DNA from: Phoronis australis
Taxonomy: Eukaryota; Animalia; Phoronida
Assembly: GCA_002633005.1 (NCBI GenBank)
Contig: NMRA01000342.1
Span: 119,063-183,062, forward strand
Length of the DNA stretch: 64,000 nt
Reading direction: 5' to 3'
Positions 41,201 through 53,200 of the stretch are shown here, one piece after another; position 1 is the first letter of the stretch, and each line of letters begins with the position of its first letter. The notes beneath the pieces were generated by a model. That model saw only the letters and a program-made list of their open reading frames with translations. It made no database searches and had not been told where the DNA came from. The position numbers and the translations under genes were made by a program.

Positions 41201-44200
41201 GGAGATTCCTTACGGGCTGAAACCATTAAGCGGAAGCCATTCTCAGCCAAGACCAAAGACCAGCAAACTTTGATGAAGACTTAGTCAACATGAAAATTAT
41301 ACCAGGTTCGCTTTGACACTGTGATTTCGTTTCCCGTGGGTTATCATGGTGCAAGTTTTGTATTCCACCAGGCTTCTTCCCAACAAAACAAATCAATAAC
41401 AATTATAACATAATTAAGATTATCCTACTGACTGTCGCCAGGCAAAACTGATACCTTTCACTCATGATATGACTTAAAAAATAACAAGTTTATGAATTGT
41501 CCTTTTCCAGAAGTAGTTACCGGCAAATTCATTTTTCATATATATTAAGTTTTCCATACATAAAAACTGTTATGATCATTCTCCAAGTTTCTCTAGTGAC
41601 AACGAACAATGACAGGTGTAAATTTCAACAAATACGGCCAATAGCTTATTTTTGAATATAAGATGACACCTCCGTCTATAAGTGCATAAGGTCACTCATT
41701 GTTTTTCTTTAATGTGTTTCTGTCAGTCATCGTTGACCATAATGATAACCACAGTCAAAGTTAGAGAAATATTGGTTGTTTAAACCATATGAAATCAATG
41801 AATATTAAATAAACAGCAATACAGCACATGTAGTGAGGTTGAAAATCTGCAAACATGGTCTTACAGGTGAATCGGTGTCAAATAAGCACAGAAAAATCAG
41901 AAACCCCAACTGGGAATTGAACCACAGGTCTCTAGATTTGCAAGTCTAGTGCTCTTACCACTGAGGATTACTGTTTGCAGCCAACTGTTATGTCATATAT
42001 CCAATGAACGGCGTTTCCACTTTTTTCACATGAGATTTGGACAATTTAATACAAATTTTAATGTCAATCAGCAATTTATCAGTATGCGTTAATTAGATAT
42101 GTATAGACGTTGAGGTTGGCCAATAGTGAAATATATTGAATAAACACAGAAAACTCAGGTACCCCAACTGGGAATCGAACCACAGGTCTCTAGATTCCCG
42201 GTATAGTGCTCTAGTGAAACAGTGTATGTTAGGTGCAAACATTTGAACACGCAATGTTCCAGAGAACATCACGACATGACGTTCTTAAACACAACCTTGT
42301 TATAAATCTCATTGGCTCACATGCCTGATTTTATGATATTGTAGTGTATGTCTGTTCAGAGTAAGGGCTCCAAACTGGTGAAACACTGCTACTGAAGCTA
42401 ACACACGCTCACACACACACTCACCTCATGCTACACTGGCTATGTACACTCACACACACACTCACCTCATGCTACACTGGCTGTGTACACTTACACAGAT
42501 TCTCACCTCACAAGAGTCTAGTGACAAGTTGGCACAAATCTGTGGATTGATTTCTTCCCACTTGGTGATGCGCTTTAGACGAAACTGTTCTCGAGCCGTA
42601 TTGTAATCAGGAAGACCATGGTCGCGACCTCGCTGGATGTTGATCGCCATCAGGTCTCGGCGGGAAAACTCCAGCGGACCAAACACATTACCTGTTAAGT
42701 GGAAATAGTAAATTTATAACCAAAATTGTTTTTCTTCAATTTAGTAGTAGTCCAAAATCAAAAATTTTTCTTTTCCATTGTCATGAAGAATATTTTTGGA
42801 AAATAGTCTGTGGGCTTATTACCAGAACAACGACCACCTAATATATCACTTACTACATGATATATGACAAAGAAATATCAATTAAGCTTAGAAAATGTCC
42901 TCGTCATGACAGCACAGATTTCAAAGTTTAATTGCAATGTGAAAAATAACCTGCAGTTGAATTGAAGCAATCCAATTTCATATAAGCTAGCCAACCTTAA
43001 AAAATATTTTTACTCGTACGCCTGCACATGATTTGGCCACAGAAATTATTAGTTCAGATATTATTTAGAACAGTAGACACATGACATGCTGGTTTCAGAC
43101 CAGCAAGATGCCAACTTGCACAGTGCAGTGTAGTTGAACACACGCAGCAAAGGCAATTCTAATATTAACGGGGAGGGTTGTGTTAGTTTCCAATCTCAAT
43201 TAACTTTAGCCAAACTTATTGCTACATCACAATGAATATTGTGTGGTTTAAAGCCAAGAGCATCTAGCTTTGGAGACAATACTGAATTCAATTCAATTAC
43301 CTCTCAGATCTGGAGTGATGATGTTGTCCTCTCTTTCTGTTATTTGCGAAGCCATTCCCATTAACATTTCATCTATGTCGTTTTCTTCAATAGCTTCCTA
43401 TCATCACAAATTCAGAGAGCACTTAAAGCATTGCTGTGAGGCCAAAAAGTATAGCAGGTTCTCGTCTGATTTTTTAACTACAGGTGGCAGCGTGGTATTT
43501 TTAGCTACTCACTCCTTTGAAAAAGTAAGTCCACCCGACCTACAGAATCCCAAGGTCCTATGGACTGGAGCTCAGGAAATATTGCTCTCCTGAGGTCAAT
43601 GTGTCGCATTTGTAAGTGCACGATAACCGAATGCTAATCCTTTCTTGAATTTCTCCATCTCTCAACTGATTAGCTTGATCTTTTGAGTTTTGATATACTG
43701 AGATTGCATGCTTGCTTTGTTGTCAGAAAATAATGAATTAAGCTGTCTGATTGGTCAGATCGTGAAAAGTGATTTTCAAAGCTAGCCAATCAACATTTTC
43801 AGAAATTACTGAGCTATGTTTTAGCCAATGAGCGGTCATGTATAAATACCGTGTAATGGTCAATAGCCCAGTAGACACAGCCAGCTCAAACGAAAGACTG
43901 ACAGTGAACAGATTGATCTAGTTTTACAACCCAACTCTATTCACGGCTCACTGCACCCAATCAGGAAAGCAGAAAATCTAATAATACACAAGGTTATAAG
44001 CAAGAACTCAAGTGAGTTTTTGCCTCCAGCAACACAATTTTGTGTTCACACAAGTTTTATGGAATGATTCTCCTGTGAAATTTTTCTGAAAGGCAGACTC
44101 ATCTTAATCTACCTGAGGGTTCCAGTAGGTATTGCATGTCCTCAAGCCATGCCTGCCTTTCGCTCCAGTCTTCAAGGAAGACATACGGAAGTCACACGTG

Positions 44201-47200
44201 CCATCCTTCTTAACTCTTCCTCTGCAACATTAATCAAGTAAATATAGTCGTATAAAAATCTGTAAGTAATGACCAATATCTCGGGACACTCTCTAACACA
44301 ATGCAGCAACATACAACACAGATTGTTTCCGGGTGCACGCATGCACTGAGTAACACTAGAGAGCTAAAATTTAGTCTACAGGGGGCAGTGCGATAGTCAT
44401 TTGAAAATTTGCCAATGCAATCAAGGTAGATAAAAAGACTAGGATTTATTTGGCAGAACATGTAAAGTCCATCTCATAACGGCAAAACCTGAACTTTTTA
44501 AGCTTCGTCTGAAGAAATAACACAACTGTAAGTTGTTCCTGAGCCAAGAGATCATCTTAAGCTGAGTAAACAAAAGACAAGACCAATTTTATAACGCCAA
44601 GTGGCCTTAATAAAAACTTGGTTTTTGACAGAAAGCACAGGTTTAGTGCTTTTCACTAAAAACTCTTTCCAAATTTCATGTAGAAAATAAACCTGAAACT
44701 AAATAAGGCGATCCAGATCCTCCCAAGGATACTATTATTTCACAAAATGTAGAATATAAATAGGTAAATAAAACAACAAGAATGGATCAAGTGAAACTTT
44801 CGGATATAATAACGTCCTTTGTCAACAGAAACAGAAATAAAATAAAATCAAACACTATATGACAATTGACATTTAAGATGGATTAAACATAAAAACTTCT
44901 TAAATTATATCATTGAATTTTTTACGCAAAAATGTATCATATTCATTACGCCACGTTATTATATCCGAAAATTTCAGTTGATCCATTCTTGTCGTTTTAT
45001 TTACCTATTCATATTCCAAATTTTATGAAAATTTCCAAGCAAACTTGATAGATATAGAGTTGAACGTAAAAATGTAAAAGTGCTACTAGGGGTACAGCAG
45101 TAGACAAATTTGTATTTTTTTTTCTTTCTAATAATGTGTACACTTTGACTTATCTTGTTAACAGCTGCAACATAATGCTATCTTAACCTGCAGTCTCACC
45201 TTCTCCAAATGCCAGGTGGCACCAGCGTATGACCAAACCTCATGGCAGCCGACTGGAACACGTGTGATATCCCAGCATGCACAGTCTTGTCATAACCTGC
45301 AACATGTTCAAAACAAGGTACAAACTCTAACATATGAAACACCAAACAGTTGCAAAATAAAACCAGCACAACTGACAAAGCCACTACAGTTTCTCCCCAG
45401 AGATTCCAAGGGCAGTGTATTGTGATTAGGAGTACGTTGCTGAAATGGAATGGATTATCACGACTTCTGGTATCAAAATGAACATGCTTTGACTACCAAT
45501 TAAATTTATTTGGCAACAAGACTGATAAGAATTTTGCTAATTTCGGCATCGATATGGGTTCAGTTTCCACCATCCTTTGACTAAGTATTGATTTTAAGTT
45601 TGGTATTGTACGGTTATGGATCAACTTCTGTCCATAAAATGGTTATCATTTTGGCTATTTCTTGAGAGGAGACTCATTAAAGCGGCAATGAACTCAATGA
45701 TTTCTGTCAAATATTTGTTTAGAAATAAGTTATTCCTTCAGACTTAGCACACAAAATTTTATGAGCTGGTTTGGAGAACTAAAGAACTGACGGTTCTTCA
45801 GAAGGTCTAAACCACCTTCAGTTTGAGACCAATTTTATTATAAATGGCCTAAATCATAAATTTTTTTTTGTGAAGAAAAGTGGGGTTATAGCCACTTTAA
45901 GAGTCATTTTGTCTGTAAGGTAATGAAATGATTCAATCTGCATTTTTCCAAGTCGGGTATGGTTAGGGTGGTTTTATTCCACGATTTATATACATTGAAC
46001 TGGGTCAACTTTTGGATATCATGGAAGCACAGCGCCCCTTCCACCACACCTTATACAGAGTTGTTTTAATAAGGTGCTAAGGGGTTCTTGGATCCATCGC
46101 AGATCTCTTTACCGTGTCTACAGACAAAAATTGTGCCACTTAGACTAAAAAATGTCAAACAGGATAATATAAACATTTTGTGACGCCTAACAAAATCTGA
46201 CTATTTTTCTACTTGATAGCCTATTTTTGAAACCTTTTCTTCCTCGACCAAACGAACATTTATGCCGCTGTTAACACCTTTCAATAAAACATATAAGAAA
46301 ATCAAAGCACATAAAACTTTTAAAAAATGCTAAAAAACTATATTTGAGAACAATTTTCAGCATTTTGGTACAGCCTTTTGGCTATGATGGAAACCATTAG
46401 TTTGGTGAAATAGAATTGATGTAAACATTATGTACTATTGAATATATGACCTGCCAAGCACTGACCTTTATATGGCGGTAGACTGCCATCCTCCCCTTCG
46501 CCAAGCCACGAAGGCAGCCAATCATACATCACTATTTTCTGTACAAATTAGACGACAAACAATTTACATGACAGGGACAAACAAACATCAAGTTGTTAAG
46601 AGAACAATATTTGATAGACAAGCTCAATACAATAGAACCTCATGGATTGAACATAAAAACTTCTTAAAATATATCATTGAATTTTTTACGCAAAAATGTA
46701 TCATATTCATTACACCATATCTTAAATGTCAATTGTCATATAGCGTTTGATTTTAATTTATTTCTGTTTCTATTGACAAAGGACGTTATTACATCCGAAA
46801 ATTTCACTTGATCCATTCTTGTTGTTTTATTTACCTATTTATATTCTACATTTTGTGAAACAATAGTATCCTTGGGAGGATCTGGATCGCCTTACTTAGT
46901 TTCAGATTTATTTTCTACGTCAATAATGATAACAACTGTACTAAAATCCATAAATTTTGACACCCACCTGATGAGTTGCTATCGTCCACTTGCGCGCCTC
47001 ATTGAAGATCTTTTCGTCAGTCCAATTCCAATTTCCAGCCAATGATTGAGCTTCAAAGCGACGGGCCAGAACATTGTGCCAACGAAACCACAGAATTCCA
47101 AACGTCAACAGCATGGGGTTCTCGTTACCCCTGGGGTTACCAAGCTCTGAAATAGCAAGGAATGGACATGACACTTCATTAACAGCTGGTACTATGTTTA

Positions 47201-50200
47201 TAAATAGAAATATAAGAGACTTTCTGGTGATATCCATTTTCTAGAGGTTGGTCATTATAGTTAGAGATTTCAATATCAGACATCTCTGGAATGACTCTTC
47301 TGTAACATGAAAATGTCACATTCACTATGTTGTCAAGGCATTATGTACAAAGTCTCAATCTAACAATCATAAGACTCTGAGTCTTGTTACAGAGCTAGAA
47401 TGCAAATCTGGACATTCTGAATGCACACCTCATGTCAGTGATTCAGAAGTACTTGAATGACTGAATTCAATGGATTATCTCATGTCCAATGATACAGATA
47501 CATGGCAGAAAGCCAGGCATGGAAATTTTCAGGTTAAAATTTTCAATGCATCTTTGTCCAATTTCTTTTAATACTTACGACAAATTTTCGTATATTGTTC
47601 ATAAATTAAACTACCACAAGTCATATATTCGACTGCTAAATTTACACAGCAAGAAACACTGTGCATAGAGTACAGTCCAAATTGTCACACGCAAAAATTG
47701 TTGACAATTTGGGCAAATTGTAACGATTTGGGCTTCTAGCACTGACCCAAACTGTCACAATTTTAAGTTGACAATTTAGGATATTGTGACAATTTGGGCC
47801 TGCATGAGGTACCAAACATCACACTTTTCAAAACTATCCAGAAAGCATTGAACTTCAACAAGCAAAAGTGTTAGATGTCTATGACATAGCAAAAAATCTT
47901 AATTCTGATAACAAATTCGTCAAAATCTCTCAAAACTTTTTTGAACCTGGCTGTTTACTGGAACCCTCAGACTGAAACAATAAGTAGAGCAGGGGCAGTA
48001 TTGTCAGTTTATTTTCCCAACATAAACTTCATCTCATTGCCAAGTTATTCTGGAAGGTAGTGGAGCAATGTTTGACCTTGTTTCGTCAGTCATCCAGCTT
48101 ATTTTGAACTAAAAAATCAAGGATGGCAATGGAACCCACATCACAAGAGGAGCACAACCCAAAGCAACCATTAAAACACTCCAACTACACTGTGCACTTA
48201 CACACATAATCCAGAATGAACCCTTACGCAGCACGTTTTAGGACAAACCCCCTCAGGTACGTGGCGTTTTGTGGATAGTGGTATGAGTTCTACTCCTGGG
48301 GTAGAGGTTCCTATCTTCAATAAATGGTAACGGTCGATTACTTCCCTTGATGCCATACTCACTATAAAATCGTTTCACATTTTTCAGGTAGTGATTGCGA
48401 GGTGGAGGTGGATTGGCCATAGGAAGACGGATGTCGTTGAGGGCGGGGTGATTCGCAGCATTCTCGTCAGTGTCATTGAGTGCTTCAAGACGCCCTCCTT
48501 TGAACAGACGTAACGCATCTGCCCACGTCTTCCCTGTGCCATATGTCAGTCCGCCATCGAGGAATGGCGTAATCTCATTTAGCTGGCGAGCAAAAATTTG
48601 GAATTATCTTGACTGTGTAAACACTTCTAGAAAGAACACATGGCAGTTTAAGAATTTGCCCAGATCATCTCACGGACTGTCCAGAAGTACATTATATAAT
48701 TTCCTGTTAATGTTAGGCATGGATCAAATGCTCAGTTGTATGAAACAGTCCCAAACAGGGACTCAAGTTCCCTAAATGGATGGCATATTTGATGGCTTTT
48801 GAAAACACTCATTGTCCTTTCTTCTACTGTTTAAGTCTCATACTAAGTCAATTTCTGGCTACAAATCGAAAGTGAAATCTACAGGGAATTCTCAAAATTA
48901 TTGAAAATAAAAAGGAATCATTCCATGCAACGCCCCTAATTTAAGGACAAATTCCCTATGCCTGAATTAAGAGCTCAGTTTTTAGTAACATTTACTTATT
49001 AGAAAATGCCATTCGTCAAAGAGGTCACATTAAAGATAAAATGAAAGAAAATAGTACATATCTGAGCAAAAAACAAAACAAATATGCAAAAGATTTAAGG
49101 AACTTAGTTGACTCCCTACTTGGGACTGTTTCATGCAACCGGTAACTGATGGACACCCTCCACTGGGTCACTTATACATTGCTTTAATAGAGGAATCCCC
49201 ACCAATCATCATGCTTTTCCGTGTAAGACCCCCTGGGCAAAATCCTGAATTCGAGACTAGATCCCAGAAAACTGTTTGCCAAATTTCATGAAAATACATC
49301 AAGGAACTCCAAACATACAAACTGGTAAACGTGAAAAAACAAAGATTTGGAAAGTGCAGTTACTTGGCACAACACTTTCAAAGTTCACCAGTGATGACCC
49401 TGTGGCAAGCAATACAAGTTTCGAAAAAAGCCTCTCCGCTTTCTACAGAAAGCGCCCTCTTTTGGAAATCCACGGTACCAACCTGTTGTCGAGGATTATT
49501 AGGAGAGTAGCCAGTTCGGAAGTCATAACGGGACCGTAAGAATGGCATGACCCTGTCGCCGACATTATGGGGATCATACTGACTGTGGTTCTTGGGAATC
49601 TCAATGTTGAAGTATTCCGGAGGACAGCCAGGTCTTTGGGCATCCAATATCTCTTCCACCACCTGTTGGCCTGCAACAAATAGCAAAGTTTTCACACAAA
49701 GAACAAGCAACTCCAGGGATCTGATTCATGAAATGTGACTTAAAGACTTAAGTTTGAAATTTGGTCTTACGCTCCATATAAGTGTTTCAGAAAATAATTA
49801 AATCTCACTTAAACAGATGTGCAGACTCTTCAATACACAGATAACTGCTTCTTACTGAGATAATTTCTAAAAATTATTTCCGGACTGTGATGCACTCAGA
49901 ATTACTTGACTAAACATTTTTCCAGCGATTGTAAGAACAAATTTCTCTCTTAAGTCTTAAATCACTCTCAAGACCGACGCTAAGATCTCCAAAAAGGAAA
50001 GTAGAACCAGTATTAATGTCCATTAAGTAAAGTATAAGAATTATCAATTGTAGACATTTTACTTCAAGGCTCATTAAAGACTTAAACTGATACAATCGTC
50101 CCCTTTCTGTACCTGAGGCATGTTTGGTTTAGGGTGTTCCAATGATTCAGGGGAATGTTTTAGGGCGTTCCAAATCTGTGTTTTGTTCCAACTTTCCAAG

Positions 50201-53200
50201 GCTTCAATGGTAGGAAAGGAACTAAATCTAGTTTCATGAGAAGAATTATTTGGTTTTTTTTTGAAAAAAATTTGTTTATACCACTGTTGTTTATTGTGAT
50301 CAATATTTACTGGAAAAAAAGATACGTGGAAAAGACAAAACCTAAGTGTACCTCCTGTTTTATCACCTACTGTTCCTAGAAATTGACGGTCCAAATGCGT
50401 ATGTGGTCATTGGCAAAGTCTAAAAGATTTGGTGACTGTGGGTTTCTCAGTTTTAACAAAATTATTTCCATTTCTTTTGAGTCCCTAACATCATAAAGCA
50501 AATTACAATACAAACCCCTCTAGTTTAAATTTAATTCTAAATGGTGCTCTCTCAAAATCCAACCAAGTGTTATAAAATAAATGGAACTCAATAATTATGC
50601 AACTTGCAAAAATTTTTTGATTTTCTGATAGTGCACCAGCAAAATGGCCGCCACAATTGAACATGGCGGAGTTTCACCTTTTATGATGCTAATTAAAAAC
50701 ACAAGTACAAGTTGTGTTCATATGTAATTCACAAAATCTTCCCATTAAGTGATGTCTCACTAGAGTATTGATGAAATTATACATAAAGAGAACGAGTGAC
50801 TTCAAGAAAAAGGGGCGCCAAAAAACGAGTCACAAAATGACTGATTTAAGCAGTGTAATCTAGGTCTTCTTTGAAACGATGTCTGTTTCAGACTCTCTTC
50901 ACAAAATTCCAGTGGGCTAAGTTGTGCATACAAGTTTGAAATGTTTTGTTTAATCTCTTAGTGTGATCCGCAGAAAGTGGTTTCAACATCCTATTTAAGG
51001 GGCATTTATTTCCTTTTACTCGCTACTTAAACCACAAATAATGAAACAGGTTATTCCGACAAAAGCAAGTCTTAATTCTTTCAGCACTATATCGTAAAGT
51101 GAGATGTACATCTTTAAACGTTGCCGATGGTCGCAGTGTTCTCGCTGGTGACAGAAACAGAACCATAGCATGGTGAGGAATATGAAGAGACATGTTTTAG
51201 GAAAGTAAAAGGCTTAATTCTATTTATATTTATTTGCAGCTACAGAGGGTGAAGTGAAGCTTTAAATTTACAACACCAATTTGATTGCTAGGTTTGATTT
51301 GCGTCACCCCACATTGGCAGATCTACGATTTCAGTAAGGGGGGGTTTAGGATTCGAGAGAATCCGAGGCGCGTAGCGCCGAGGAGCAGGAAGGTTGCGAG
51401 AGGGTTTCCCTCCTCCCGTGTAAGATTTTTTGGGATTTTTAGTAGCTAATTTCGTTTTTCTGGCGATTTTTTTTCCAGTTTTTATTTTTGATCCTGTCCC
51501 GAGGGGGGGTTTAAACCCCCTGAACCCCCCCTGTAGATCCGCCTCTGCCCCACAAATTATGCCAAATAATTGATAATTGGTAAGAATAATACAAACAGGC
51601 ATGACTAAGTTCTAAACAGGAAGCAAAACAATCTCCATAAGACCCATATACACACAGTAGAGTAAAACTTTGTCTGGACAAATTTTATACAGCACACTTC
51701 CACTTTCAGCATGAGGACATGATGTCAACAAAATCTTTACTTGATATCACAATTAACCTATTTAAAGTAACTCAATCCAGTAGAAAAACACTAACAGGAA
51801 ACAGAAATTAGTATCCAGTATCATGTGACCAGTATCATGTGACCAGAGATGTAAGGCCATGGTTCAGGCCTTTGAAGTCCCACACAAATTTGAAGAAAAC
51901 ATAGTGGGTCAGGTTTGATGGTTATTTTGTGGACTAACCAGAAAGTGATTGTCACGAATGAAGTTGTTTTGAGAAAATGATATCCAAACATTTGGCGTCT
52001 GCTCTTATCTACCCAGATGCAGACGTCCCAGCAATTTCAAAGCACATCCTTTCTTGTTCAGTGGGGAATGTTTGGCACGAATACACACTCAGGTACCTTT
52101 TCACACAAGTGAAAATTGGCAAAAATCTGGTTGGTAATGTCATATTTTAACTTGACTCTAGAGTGCAAAAGCATTGCTGTTATTGCAGTCTCTCTTTCAC
52201 AGGGGCAGTCATGTGATTCTAGGTACAAAAAGACCAAAATCGCAATTTTTGGTCATTTTTTGGATATGTCATTTCAACTTTTTCAGTGGACGCACCAGGC
52301 AAAAAGACATGGCTTTGCTGAAGTTCTTCATCTTTGAGAAACTCCACCCAGTATACATGTACTTGCGGTAAGTTATAGGCCAAGTCTTTCTTCCTGTTTC
52401 TTGAGACAGGGGCAAACAAATGCTTGCATTGATTAAGACCAGTCATAATGTCAAAATCAACCATTCAAACTGTGGTCTTGGCCATGAGGTTCAAATTATG
52501 AAAGGCTGATGTAGTAAATTGACAGAGTCGAAGGTTATGATGAGGATGAACTGAACTTTTAATAAAACATTACAGAACCAGCCAAAAAAAATTCTACTTC
52601 AAAACTTTATTGATTGACATAGAATTATTTACATAGGCACACACCCTTAAATTAAAACCCTCCGTGAATGTTTTGCTTTGTCAGTAATTTATCAAGTTAT
52701 CAGACAACAATAAAATAATTTGCTATTACTTAGCAACTTGCTGTTAATTATTATTATTTATGCTTGACATGCATTTCATCATTTAATTCACAATATTTAA
52801 TGCTCGTAATTGGTTGCAAAGTTTGTTATTTATAATTATTTTTGTGTTATTCCTGGGTGGCTCTGTGGTCAGTAAGATGTAATATTCTTCTCATAGTCTC
52901 CAAACTAAATAATTGTTTTGTAAATTGTTTTTAATATGATCTGAAAGAACTGCTCCACTATCACTAAGTACCTTTAAACAAGGAATTCTTTTAGTCACTC
53001 AAGAAATAAAGCAAAAAAACTAAGCCAGTCCCCCATGACACCCTGCCATTTTGCCAAACAAACCGACACAAACATGATAAAGAACACAATTAGAATTTAA
53101 GTTGCGGAATCCCTTTTTGGAATTTTTGATTGTTCTTGAAGTGTTTGGAATTAAAGCTAGACAAAATTTTATCAGTTTTCTTTGCTTTGAATTTTTTCCA

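Noticed and set aside
41905-41965. Functional tRNA genes (also 23181-23245, 57971-58035, 12821-12900)
   Set aside because: A/B boxes are present but acceptor stems or anticodon loops are defective and copies sit in repeats; treated as SINE heads.
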